Of a DNA stretch of 64,000 bases, positions 1 to 14,020 are shown in pieces. The stretch's first letter is position 1; the number at the start of each line of letters is the position of its first letter. The notes beneath the pieces are model-generated. The model worked only from the letters and a program-made list of their open reading frames with translations, was not told where the DNA came from and ran no database searches. The stretch lies in assembly GCF_009914755.1 (NCBI RefSeq), contig NC_060944.1. One strand, given 5' to 3'. The position numbers and the translations under genes were made by a program. The DNA comes from the human T2T-CHM13v2.0 reference genome, Homo sapiens.

Positions 1-1105
1 GGAATGGAATGGAATGGAATCAACGAAAGTGTAATGGAAGGGAATGGAATAGAATGGAATGGAATGGAATGGAATGGAAAGCAATGGAGTCAACCCGAAT
101 GGAATCGAATGGAATGGAAGGCAATGGAATGGAATGGTATAGAATGGAATGGGATGGAATGGAATCCAACCGAGTGGATAGGAAGGGAATTGAATGGAAT
201 GGAATGGAATAAATTGGAATGGAAAGGAATGGAATGGAATGGAATGGAATGGAATGGAATGGAATGGAATCAACCAGAGTGGTATGGAATGGAATGGAAT
301 GGAATCGGATAGAATGGAATCAAACCGAGTGGAGTGGAATGGAATTCAATGTAATGGATTGGAATAAATTAGAATGGAATGGAATTAATTGGAATGGAAA
401 GGAATGGAATGGAATGGAGTGGAATCAACCAGAGTGGAATGGAATTGAATGGAATGGAATGGAATGGAATCAACCCGAGTGGAATGGAATTGAATGGAAT
501 GGAATGGAATGGAATCAACCCGAGTGGAATGGAATTGAATGGAATGGAATGGAATTAACCTGAGTGAAACGGAATGGAAAGGAACGGAATGGAATTTAAT
601 GGAATGGAATGGAATGAAATCAACCTGAGTGGACTGGAATGAAATGGACTGGAATGGAAAGCAATGGAATTGAGTGGAATCAACCAGAGTTGAATGGAAT
701 TGAATGGAATGGAATGGAATGGAATCAACCCAAATGGAATGTAATGAAATGGAATTGAATGGAATTACCCCCAGTGAAATGGCATGGAAAGGAAAGGAAT
801 AGAATTTAATGGAATGGAATGGCATGCAATGGAATCAACCCGAGTGGAATGGAATGGCATGAAATGGAATGCAATGCAATGCAATGGAAACAATAAGAGT
901 GGAATGGATTGGAATGGAATGGAATGGAATGAAAGGGAATGGAATCAACCCGAGTGGAATGGAATGGAATGGAATGGAATGCAATGGAATGGAATGGAAA
1001 GCAATGGAATGGAATGGAAAGCAATGGAATGGAATGGAATACACCAGAGTGGAATGGAATAGAATGGAATGGAATGGAGTGGAATCAACCCCAGTGGAAT
1101 GGAAT

Positions 1106-1390
1106 GGAATGGAATGGATTGGAATCAACCCGAGTGGAATGGAATGGAATGGAATGGGATGCAATAGAATGAAATGGAGTGGATTGGAATCAATCTGAGT
1201 GGAATGGAAAGGAATGGAAAGGAATCGAACTGAACAGAATGGAATGGAATGGATTGGAATCAACCCGAGTGGAATGGAATGGAATGGAATGGGATGCAAT
1301 AGAATGAAATGGAGTGGATTGGAATCAATCTGAGTGGAATGGAAAGGAATGGAAAGGAATCGAACTGAACAGAATGGAATGGAATGGAAT
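1106..1390 (+). repeat. 135-bp local tandem duplication
   Basis: GGATTGGAATCAACCCGAGT at 1116/1251 and CGAACTGAACAGAAT at 1226/1361. The homologous block at ~5906-6030 has a single copy. Confidence 0.9.
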
Positions 1391-1985
1391 GGAATGGAAT
1401 GGAATGGAATGGAATCAACCAGAGTGGAATTGACTGTAATGGACCGGAATGGAATGGAATGGAATGGAATGGAATGGAATGGAATGGAATGGAAAGGAAT
1501 TGAACAGAATGGAATGGAAAGGAATGGATTGGAGTGGAATGGAAGGGAATGGAATGGAATGGAATGGAAGGGAATGGAATAGAATGGTATCAATGCAAGT
1601 GTAATTGAATGGAATGGAATGGAATGGAGAGGAATGGAATGGAATTGCTTTGAATGCAATGGAATCACCTGGAATCGAATGGAATGGAATGGAATCAACT
1701 AGAATGGAAAGGAATGGAATGGAATGGAATGAAGTTGAATGGAATGCAATGGAATCAACCCGTGTGGAATGTAATGCAAAGGAATGGAATGGAATGGAAT
1801 GGAATGGAATGGAATCAACAAAACTGGAATGGAAGGGAATGGAATAGAATGGAATGGAATGGAATGGAATTGAAAGCAATGGAGTCAACCCGAATGGAAT
1901 CGAATGGAATGGAATGCAATGGAACTGAATGGAATGCAATGGAATGGAATGGAATGGAATGGAATGGAATGGAATGGAATGGAAT

Positions 1986-2380
1986 GGGATGGAATGGAAT
2001 GGAATCAACCAGAGTGGAATAGAATTGAATGGAATTGAATGGAATGAAATCAACCCGAGTGGAATGGAATTGAATCGAATGGAATGGAATGGAATGGAAT
2101 GGAATGGAATGGAATGGAATGGAATCAACCAGAGTGGAATGGAATTGAATGGAATGGAATGGAATGGAATCAACCCGAGTGGAATGGAATTGAATGGAAT
2201 GGGATGGAATGGAATGGAATCAACCAGAGTGGAATAGAATTGAATGGAATTGAAAGGAATGAAATCAACCCGAGTGGAATGGAATTGAATCGAATGGAAT
2301 GGAATGGAATGGAATGGAATGGAATGGAATGGAATCAACCAGAGTGGAATGGAATTGAATGGAATGGAATGGAATGGAAT
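1986..2380 (+). repeat. 215-bp local tandem duplication
   Basis: GGGATGGAATGGAATGGAATCAACCAGAGTGGAATAGAATTGAAT at 1986 and 2201, with the same downstream words. Confidence 0.82.
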
Positions 2381-5300
2381 TAACCCGAGGGAAATGGAAT
2401 GGAAAGGAACGGAATGGAATTTAATGGAATGGAATGGAATGGAATCAACCTGAGTGGACTGGAATGAAATGGAGTGGAATGGAAAGCAATGGATTTGAAT
2501 GGAATCAGCCAGAGTTGAATGGAATTGAACGGAATGGAATGGAATGCAATCAACCCAAATGGAATGTAATGGAGTGGAATTGAATGGAATTGCCCCGAGT
2601 GAAATGGCATGGAAAGGAATGGAATAGAAATTACTGGAATGAAATGGAATGGAATGGAATCAACATGAGTGGAATGGAATGGAATGAAATGGAATGCAAT
2701 GCAATGGAATGCCACCAATAAGAGTGGAATGGATTGGAATGGAATGGAATGGAATGAAAGGGAATGGAATCAATCCACGTGGAATGGAATGGAATGGAAT
2801 GGAATGGAATGGAATGGAATGGATTGGAATCAAACCGAGTGTAATGGAATGGAATGGAAAGGAATGGAATGGAATGAAATCAACCCGAGTGAAATGGAAT
2901 AGAATGGAATGGGATGGAATATAATGGAATGGAGTGGATTGGAATCAAACTGATTGGAATGGAAAGGAATGAAAAGGAACGGAATTGAAGGGAATGGAAT
3001 GGAATGGAATGGAATGGAATGGAATTTAATGGAATGGAATGGAATAAACCCGAGTAGAATGCATTTTAAGGGAAAGGAATCAAATGTAATGGAATGGCAT
3101 TGAATGGAATCAACACGAGTGGAATGGAATGGAATGGAATGGAATGGAATGGAATGAAAGGGAATAGAATCAACCCGTGTGAAATGGAATGGAATGGAAT
3201 GGAATGGAATGGAATGGAATGGAATGGAATACACCAGAGTGGAATGGAATGTAATGGAATGGAATGGAGTGGAATCAACCACAGTGCAATGGAATGGAAT
3301 GGAATGGAATGGAATGGTATGGAATGGAATGGAATGGATTGGAATCAAACCGAGTGTAATGGAATGGAATGGAAAGGAATGGAATGGAATGAAATCAACC
3401 CGAGTGAAATGGAATGGAATGGAGTGGGATGGAATAGAATGGAATGGAGTGGATTGGAATCAATCTGAGTGGAATGGAACGGAATGGAAAGGAATGGAAT
3501 TGAAGGGAATAGAATGGAATGGAATGGAATGGAATGGAATGGAATGGAATGGAATGGAATGGAATGGAATGGAATGGAATAAACCCGAGTAGAATGCAAT
3601 GGAAGGGAATGGAATCAAATGTAATGGAATGGCAATGAATGGAATCAACACGAGTAGAATGGAATGGAATGGAATGGATTGGAGTGGAATGGAATCAACC
3701 CCAGTTTAATGTAATGTACAGGAATGGAATGGAATGGAGTAGAATGAACACGAGTGGAATGGAATGGAATGGAATGGAATGGAATGGAATGGAATGGAAT
3801 GGAATGGAATAGAGTGGATTGGAATCAATCTGAGTGGAATGGAAAGGAATGGAAAGGAATGGAATTGAAGAGAATTGAATGGAATGGAACGGAATGGAAT
3901 GGAATGGAATGGAATGGAATGCAATGCAATGGAATCAACCAGAGTGGAATTGAGTGTAATGGATCGAAATGGAATGGAAGGGAATGGAAGAAACCTGAGT
4001 AGAATGCAATGGAAGGGAATGGAATCGAATGGAATGGAATGGAATGGCTTTGAATGGAATCAACATGGGTGGAATGGAATGGAATGGAGTGGATTGGAAA
4101 GTTATGGAATCAACCCGAATGGAATGTAATGGAATGGAATGGAATGGAATGCAGTGGAATTAACCCGAGTGGAATGGAATGGTATGGAGTGAAATGGAAC
4201 GGAATGGAATGGTATGGAATGGAATGGAATGAAAAGGAAAGGAAAGCAATGGAATCAAAACGAGTGGAATGGAATGGAATGTGAAGAAATGGAGTGGAAT
4301 TCTATAGAATCAACACGAGTGGAATGGAATGGAAAGGAATAGAATGCAATGGAATGGAATGGAATGGAATCCAATCCAATGTAAAGGAATGGAACGGAAC
4401 GGAATAGGATGTAATGGAATGGAATGGAATGGACAGGAATGGAAAAAATTCGAGTGGAATGGAATGGAATGCAAAGTAATATAAGGGAAATGAATGGAAT
4501 CCACTCGAATGGAAAGGAAAGGAATGGAATGGAATGGAATGGAATGGAATGGAATGGAATGGAGAGGAATGGAATGGAATGGAATGGAGAGGAATGGAAT
4601 GGAATGGAATGCAGAGGAATGGAATGGAATTGATTTGAATGGAATGGAATCAATTGGAATGGAATGGAATGGAATGGAATGGAATCAACTAGAATGGAAA
4701 GGAATGAAATGGAATGGAATGCAGTGGAATGGAATGGAATGGAATCAACCCATGTGGAATGTAATGCAAAGCAATGGAATGGAATGGAATGGAATCAACA
4801 AAAGTGTAATGGAAGGGAATGGAATAGAATGGAATGGAATGGAATGGACAGCAATGGAGTCAACCCGAATGGAATCCAATGGAATGGAATGCAATGGAAT
4901 GGAATGGTATAGAATGGAATGGGATGGAATGGAATCCAACCGAGTGGATAGGAAGGGAATTGAATGGAATGGAATGGAATAAATTGGAATGGAAAGGAAT
5001 GGAATGGAATGGAATGGAATGGAATGGAATGGAATGGAATGGAATCAACCAGAGTGGAATGGAATGGAATGGAATGGAATCGGATAGAATGGAATCAAAC
5101 CGAGTGGAGTGGAATGGAATTCAATGTAATGGATTGGAATAAATTAGAATGGAATGGAATTAATTAGAATGGAAAGGAATGGAATGGAATGGAGTGGAAT
5201 CAACCAGAGTGGAATGGAATTGAATGGAATGGAATGGAATGGAATCAACCCGATTGGAATGGAATTGAATGGAATGGAATGGAATGGAATCAACCCGAGT

Positions 5301-6160
5301 GGAACGGAATTGAATGGAATGGAATGGAATTAACCCGAGTGAAACGGAATGGAAAGGAACGGAATGGAATTTAATGGAATGGAATGGAATGGAATCAACC
5401 TGAGTGGACTGGAATGAAATGGACTGGAATGGAAAGCAATGGAATTGAGTGGAATCAACCAGAGTTGAATGGAATTGAATGGAATGGAATGGAATGGAAT
5501 CAACCCAAATGGAATGTAATGAAATGGAATTGAATGGAATTACCCCCAGTGAAATGGCATGGAAAGGAACAGAATAGAATTTAATGGAATGGAATTGCAT
5601 GCAATGGAATCAACCCGAGTGGAATGGAATGGCATGAAATGGAATGCAATGCAATGCAATGGAAACAATAAGAGTGGAATGGATTGGAATGGAATGGAAT
5701 GGAATGAAAGGGAATGGAATCAACCCGAGTGGAATGGAATGGAATGGAATGGAATGGAATGCAATGGAATGGAACAGAAAGCAATGGAATGGAATGGAAT
5801 ACACCAGAGTGGAATGGAATAGAATGGAATGGAATGGAGTGGAATCAACCCCAGTGGAATGGAATGGAATGGAATGGAATGGAATGGAATGGAATGGAAT
5901 GGAATGGATTGGAATCAACCCGAGTGGAATGGAATGGAATGGAATGGGATGCAATAGAATGAAATGGAGTGGATTGGAATCAATCTGAGTGGAATGGAAA
6001 GGAATGGAAAGGAATCGAATTGAAGAGAATGGAATGGAATGGAATGGAATGGAATGGAATGGAATGGAATGGAATGCAATGGAATGGAATCAACCAGAGT
6101 GGAATTGACTGTAATGGACCGGAATGGAATGGAATGGAATGGAATGGAATGGAATGGAAT

Positions 6161-9100
6161 GGTATCAATGCAAGTGTAATTGAATGGAATGGAATGGAAT
6201 GGAGAGGAATGGAATGGAATTGCTTTGAATGCAATGGAATCAGCTGGAATCGAATGGAATGGAATGGAATCAACTAGAATGGAAAGGAATGGAATGGAAT
6301 GGAATGAAGTTGAACGGAATGGAATGGAATCAACCCGTGTGGAATGTAATGAAAAGGAATGGAATGGAATGGAATGGAATGGAATGGAATGGAATCAACA
6401 AAACTGGAATGGAAGGGAATGGAATAGAATGGAATGGAATGGAATGGAATGGAAAGCAATGGAGTCAACCCGAATGGAATCGAATGGAAAGGAATGCAAT
6501 GGAACGGAATGGAATGCAATGGAATGGAATGGAATGGAATGGAATGGAATGGAATGGAATGGGATGGAATGGAATGGAATCAACCAGAGTGGAATAGAAT
6601 TGAATGGAATGGAATGGAATGAAATCAACCCGAGTGGAATGGAATGGAATGGAATGGAATGGAATGGAATGGAATGGAATGGAATGGAATCAACCAGAGT
6701 GGAATGGAATTGAATGGAATGGAATGGAATGGAATCAACCCGAGTGGAATGGAATTGAATGGAATGGAATGGAATGGAATTAACCCGAGTGAAATGGAAT
6801 GGAAAGGAACGGAATGGAATTTAATGGAATGGAATGGAATGGAATCAACCTGAGTGGACTGGAATGAAATGGGGTGGAATGGAAACCAATGGATTTGAAT
6901 GGAATCAGCCAGAGTTGAATGGACTTGAACGGAATGGAATGGAATGGAATCAACCCAAATGGAATGTAATGTAGTGGAATTGAATGGAATTACCCCGAGT
7001 GAAATGGCATGGAAAGGAATGGAATAGAAATTAATGGAATGAAATGGAATGGAATGGAATCAACATGAGTGGAATGGAATGGAATGAAATGGAATGCAAT
7101 GCAATGGAATGCAACCAATAAGAGTGGAATGGATTGGAATGGAATGGAATGGAATGAAAGGGAATGGAATCAATCCACGTGGAATGGAACGGAATGGAAT
7201 GGAATGGAATGGAATGGAATGGAATGGAATGGAATGGAATGGAATACACCAGAGTGGAATGGAATAGAATGGAATGGAATGGAGTGGAATCAACCACAGT
7301 GGAATGGAATGGAATAGAATGGAATGGAATGGATTGGAATCAAACCGAGTGTAATGGAATGGAATGGAAAGGAATGGAATGGAATGAAATCAACCCGAGT
7401 GAAATGGAATAGAATGGAATGGGATGGAATATAATGGAATGGAGTGGATTGGAATCAAACTGATTGGAATGGAAAGGAATGAAAAGGAACGGAATTGAAG
7501 GGAATGGAATGGAATGGAATGGAATGGAATGGAATGGAATGGAATGGAATGGAATGGAATAAACCCGAGTAGAATGCATTTTAAGGGAAAGGAATCGTAT
7601 GTAATGGAATGGCATTGAATGGAATCAACACGAGTGGAATGGAATGGAATGGAATGGAATGGAATGAAAGGGAATAGAATCAACCCGTGTGGAATGGAAT
7701 GGAATGGAATGGAATGGAATGGAATGGAATGGAATGGAATGGAATGGAATGGAATGGAATGGAATGGAATACACCAGAGTGGAATGGAATAGAATGGAAT
7801 GGAATGGAGTGGAATCAATCACAGTGCAATGGAATGGAATGGAATGGAATGGAATGGAATGGAATGGAATGGAATGGAATCAAACCGAGTGTAATGGAAT
7901 GGAATGGAAAGGAATGGAATGGAATGAAATCAACCCGTGTGAAATGGAATGGAATGGAGTGGGATGGAATAGAATGGAATGGAGTGGATTGGAATCAATC
8001 TGAGTGGAATGGAACGGAATGGAAAGGAATGGAATTGAAGGGAATGGAATGGAATGGAATGGAATGGAATGGAATGGAATGGAATGGAATGGAATGGAAT
8101 GGAATAAACCCGAGTAGAATGCAATGGAAGGGAATGGATTCGAATGTAATGGAATGGCATTGAATGGAATCAACACGAGTAGAATGGAATGCAATGGAAT
8201 CGATTGGAGTGGAATGGAATGAACCCCAGTGGAATGTAATGTACAGGAATGGAATGGAATGGAGTAGAATGAACCCGAGTGGAATGGAATGGTATGGAAT
8301 GAAACGGAATGGAATGGAATGGTATGGAATGGAACGGAATGGTATTGAACGGAATGGAATGGAATGGAATGGAATCCAATCCAGTGTAAAGGAATGGAAC
8401 GGAATGGAATGTAATGGAATTTAATGGAATGGAATGGAATGGAATGGAATGGAATGGAATGGAATGGAATGAATGGAATGGAATGGAAAGGAATGGACTG
8501 GAATGGAATAAATTGCAGTGGAATGGTATGGAATGCAAAGTAATATAATGAAAATGAGTGGAATCCACCAAAATGGAAAGGAAAGGAATGGAATGGAATG
8601 GAATGAATGGAATGGATTGGAAAGGAATCAACCCGAGTGGAATGGAAAGGAATGGAATGGAATGGAATGCAATGGAATGGAATGGAATGGAATGGAATGG
8701 AATGGAATGGAATGGAATGGATTGGAATGGAATCACCCCATGCGGAATGGAAAGAATGGAATGGAATGGAAAGCAATGGCATGGAATGGAATGGAAAGGA
8801 ATCGAATGGAATGGAATGGAATGGAATGGAATCAACCCGGGTGGAATGTAATGGAATGAAATGGAATGGAATGGAATGGAATGGAATGGAATGGAATGGA
8901 ATGGAATGGAATGGAATCAAATGGATTTCAATCAACCTGCATGGAATGTAGTGGAATCGAATGGAATGGAATCAACCCGATAGGAATGGAATGAAATGGA
9001 ATGGAATGCAATGGAATTGAATGGAAAGGAATGGAGTCAACCCTACTGGAATGGAAGGGAATGGAATGGAAAGGAATGGAATGGAATGGAATGCAATGGA

Positions 9101-12100
9101 ATCAACCCGACTGGACTGGAATGGAATGGAATGCAATTGAATGGAATGAAATGGAGTCAAACCGACTGGAATGGAATGGAATGGAATGGAATGGAATGGA
9201 ATGGAGTGGAATGGACTGGAACGAAATGGAATAGAATGGAATGGAATGCAATGGAATGGATTGAAATGGAATGGAAAGGAATAAAATCCAGTGAAATTGG
9301 ATGGAACGGATTGGAATGGAATGGAATGGAATGGAATGGAATGGTATCAATGCAAGTGTAATTGAATGGAATGGAATGGAATGGAGAGGAATGGAATGGA
9401 ATTGCTTTGAATGCAATGGAATCATCTGGAATCGAATGGAATGGAATGGAATCAACTAGAATGGAAAGGAATGGAATGGAATGGAATGAAGTTGAACGGA
9501 ATGGAATGGAATCAACCCGTGTGGAATGTAATGCAAAGGAATGGAATGGAATGGAATGGAATGGAATCAACAAAACTGGAATGGAAGGGAATGGAATAGA
9601 ATGGAATGGAATAGAATGGAATTGAAAGCAATGGAGTCAACCCGAATGGAATCGAATGGAAAGGAATGCAATGGAACGGAATGGAATGCAATGGAATGGA
9701 ATGGAATGGAATGGAATGGAATGGAATGTGATGGAATGGAATGGAATCAACCAGAGTGGAATAGAATTGAGTGGAATTGAATGGAATGAAATCAACCCGA
9801 GTGGAATGGAATTGAATCGAATGGAATGGAATGGAATGGAATGGAATGGAATGGAATGGAATCAACCAGAGTGGAATGGAAATGAATGGAATGGAATGGA
9901 ATGGAATCAACCCGAGTGGAATGGAATTGAATGGAATGGAATGGAATGGAATTAACCCGAGTGAAATGGAATGGAAAGGAACGGAATGGAATTTAATGGA
10001 ATGGAATGGAATGGAATCAACCTGAGTGGACTGGAATGAAATGGGGTGGAATGGAAAGCAATGGATTTGAATGGAATCAGCCAGAGTTGAATGGACTTGA
10101 ACGGAATGGAATGGAATGGAATCAACCCAAATGGAATGTAATGGAGTGGAATTGAATGTAATTACCCCGAGTGAAATGGCATGGAAAGGAATGGAATAGA
10201 AATTAATGGAATGAAATGGAATGGAATGGAATCAACATGAGTGGAATGGAATGGAATGAAATGGAATGCAATGCAATGGAATGCAACCAATAAGAGTGGA
10301 ATGGATTGGAATGGAATGGAATGGAATGAAAGGGAATGGAATCAATCCACGTGGAATGGAACGGAATGGAATGGAATGGAATGGAATGGAATGGAATGGA
10401 ATGGAATGGAATGGAATGGAAGGGAATGGAATACACCAGAGTGGAATGGAATAGAATGGAATGGAATGGAGTGGAATCAACCACAGTGGAATGGAATGGA
10501 ATAGAATGGAATGGAATGGATTGGAACCAAACCGAGTGTAATGGAATGGAATGGAAAGGAATGGAATGGAATGAAATCAACCCGAGTGAAATGGAATAGA
10601 ATGGAATGCGATGGAATATAATGGAATGGAGTGGATTGGAATCAAACTGATTGTAATGGAAAGGAATGAAAAGGAACGGAATTGAAGGGAATGGAATGGA
10701 ATGGAATGGAATGGAATGGAATGGAATGGAATGGAATGGAAGGAAAGGGAATAGAATCAACCCGTGTGGAATGGAATGGAATGGAATGGAATGGAATGGA
10801 ATGGAATGGAATACACCAGAGTGGAATGGAATAGAATGGAATGGAATGGAGTGGAATCAATCACAGTGCAATGGAATGGAATGGAATGGAATGGAATGGA
10901 ATGGAATGGAATGGAATAGAATGGAATGGAATGGTATGGAATGGAATGGAATGGATTGGAATCAAACCGAGTGTAATGGAATGGAATGGAAAGGAATGGA
11001 ATGGAATGAAATCAACCCGAGTGAAATGGAATGGAATGGAGTGGGATGGAATAGAATGGAATGGAGTGGATTGGAATCAATCTGAGTGGAATGGAACGGA
11101 ATGGAAAGGAATGGAATTGAAGGGAATGAAATGGAATGGAATGGAATGGAATGGAATGGAACGGAATGGAATGGAATGGAATAAACCCGAGTAGAATGCA
11201 ATGGAAGGGAATGGATTCGAATGTAATGGAATGGCATTGAATGGAATCAACACGAGTAGAATGGAATGGAATGGAATGGATTGGAGTGGAATGGAATCAA
11301 CCCCAGTGGAATGTAATGTACAGGAATGGAATGGAATGGAGTAGAATGAACACGAGTGGAATGGAATGGTATGGAATGAAACGGAATGGAATGGAATGGT
11401 ATGGAATGGAACGGAATGGTATTGAACGGAATAGAATGGAATGGAATGGAATCCAATCCAGTGTAAAGGAATGGAACGGAATGGAATGTAATGTAATGGA
11501 ATGGAATGGAATGGAATGGAAAGGAATGGACTGGAATGGAATAAATTGCAGTGGAATGGTATGGAATGCAAAGTAATATAATGAAAATGAGTGGAATCCA
11601 CCAAAATGGAAAGGAAAGGAATGGAATGCAATGGAATGAATGGAATGGATTGGAAAGGAATCAACCCGAGTGGAATGGAAAGCAATGGAATGGAATGGAA
11701 TGCAATGGAATGGAATGGAATGGAATGGAATGGAATGGAATGGAATGGAATGGAATGGATTGGAATGGAATCACCCCATGCGGAATGGAAAGAATGGAAT
11801 GGAATGGAAAGCAATGGCATGGAATGGAATGGAAAGGAATCGAATGGAATGGAATGGAATGGAATGGAATCAACCCGGGTGGAATGTAATGGAATGAAAT
11901 GGAATGGAATGGAATGGAATCGAATGGAATGGAATGGAATGGAATGGAATGGAATCAAATGGATTTGAATCAACCTGCATGGAATGTAGTGGAATCGAAT
12001 GGAATGGAATCAACCCGATAGGAATGGAATGAAATGGAATGGAATGCAATGGAATTGAATGGAAAGGAATGGAGTCAACCCTACTGGAATGGAAGGGAAT

Positions 12101-12380
12101 GGAATGGAAAGGAATGGAATGGAATGGAATGCAATGGAATCAATCCGACTGGACTGGAATGGAATGGAATGCAATGGAATGGAATGAAATGGAGTCAAAC
12201 CGACTGGAATGGAATGGAATGGAATGGAATGGAATGGAATGGAGTGGAATGGACTGGAACGAAATGGAATAGAATGGAATGGAATGCAATGGAATGGATT
12301 GAAATGGAATGGAAAGGAATAAAATCAAGTGAAATTGGATGGAATGGATTGGAATGGAATGGAATGGAATGGAATGGAAT
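6161..12380 (+). repeat. Tandem duplication, unit ~3.0-3.2 kb
   Basis: GGTATCAATGC 6161/9343, GGACTTGAAC 6921/10093, CAATAAGAGT 7116/10288, CAATCACAGT 7816/10858, CCCCATGCGG ~8736/11774. The offset drops from ~3,175 to ~3,040 because copy 2 lacks the GCATTTTAAGGG segment. Confidence 0.88.
7691..7770 (+). repeat. Longest perfect pentamer run noticed, (GGAAT)16
   Basis: Counted directly. Other long runs noticed are 13-14 units (e.g. 22759-22828, 60641-60710). Confidence 0.75.
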
Positions 12381-13940
12381 GGAATGGAATGGAATGAAAT
12401 GGAATCCACCCAAGTGGAATGGAATGGATTGGAATGGATTGGAATGGAATGGAATGGAATGGAATGGAATGGACTTCACACTAGTGCAACGGAATGGAAT
12501 GGAATGGAACCAACCCGAGTGGAATGGAATGGAATCGAAATTAATGGAATGGAATGGAATGGAATCAACCCGAGGGAATGGAACGGAATGCAATGAAATG
12601 GTATGGAATGGTGTGGAATGGAATGGAATGGAATGCAATGGAATGGAATCAAAGCGAGTGGAATGGAATGGAATGAAATGGAATGGAATGGAATCAACAC
12701 GAGTGGAATGGAAGGGAAAGGAATGGGATGGGATGGAATGGAATGGAATGCAATGCAATGGAATCAACCCGAGAAGAATGGAAAGGAAAGGAATGGAATG
12801 GAATGGAATGGAATGGAATCCACCCGATTAGAATGGAAAGGAATGGCAAGGAATGCAACGGAAAGGAATGGAATGGAATGGAATGGAATGGAATGGAATG
12901 GAATGGTAAGGAATGCAAGGGCATGGAATGGATTGGAGTCAACTGGAATGGAATGGAATGGAATGGAATGGAATCAACACCAGTGGAATGAAATGGAAAG
13001 GAGCGGAATGGACAGGAAAGGAATGGAAAGGAACTGAATGTAATGGAATCGAATGGAGTGGAATTGAATGGAACGGAATGGAATCAATATGAGTGAAATG
13101 GAATGGAATGGAACGGAATGGAGGGGAATGGAATGGAATGGAATGGAATGCAATGGAATCAATGCGAGTGCAATGGAATGGAATGGATTGGAATGGAATG
13201 GAATAGAAAGGAATGGAGTAAATAAAATGGAATTTATTTGAATGGAATGGAATCAAATGGAATGGAATGGAATGCAATGGAATGGAATGGAATGGAATGC
13301 CTTGGAATGGAAAGAAATGGAATTAACAAGAATGGAAAGGAATGGAATGGAATGGAATGGAATGGAATGGAATGGAATGGAATGGAATCAATGCAAGTGT
13401 AATTGAATGGAATGGAATGGAGTGGAATTGATTTGAATTGATATGAATGGAATGGAAACAACTGGAATGGAACGGAATGGAATGGAATGGAACGGAATCA
13501 ACTAGAATGGAAAGGAATGGAATGGAATGCAATGGAATGGAATGGTATGGAATGGAATCAACCCTTGTGATATGTAAAGCAAAGGAATGGAATGGAATGG
13601 AATGGAATCAACAAAAGTGGAATGGAATGCAATGGAATACAATGGAATGGAATGGAATGGAATGGAATGGAATGGAATGGAATGGAATGGAATAAACCAG
13701 AGTGGAATGGAATGGAATGGAATGCAATGGATTAGATTGGAATTTAATTAACCCGATTGGAATGGAGTGGAATGGAATGGAATGGAATGGAATGGAAAGA
13801 AGACGACTGGAATGCATTGGACTGCAAAGGAATCGAATTGAAAGGGATGGAATGGAATGGAATGGAATGGAATGGAATGGAATCAACCCGAGTGGAATGG
13901 AATATAATGGAATGGAATGCAATCAACCCGAGTGGAATGG

Positions 13941-14020
13941 AATGGAGTGGAATGGAAGGGAATGGAATGGATTGGAATGGAATGGAGTGGAATGGAAGGG
14001 AATGGAATGGATTGGAATGG
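13941..14020 (+). repeat. Exact 40-bp tandem duplication
   Basis: AATGGAGTGGAATGGAAGGGAATGGAATGGATTGGAATGG at 13941 and 13981. Confidence 0.85.

Larger units (their letters stand above)
1..8280 (+). repeat. Direct repeat with ~4,775-bp offset (1-~3750 vs ~4776-8280)
   Basis: CCAACCGAGTGGATA ~166/4936, GGAATCGGAT 301/5076, CAATAAGAGT 891/5666, TGACTGTAATGGACC 1431/6106, GCATTTTAAGGG 3061/7576. The offset shrinks after local duplications found only in copy 1. Confidence 0.88.

Noticed and set aside
13744-13760. DUX4 site in TTAATTAACCCGATTGG
   Set aside because: TAACCCGATTG differs from the TAAYYYAATCA consensus at three positions.
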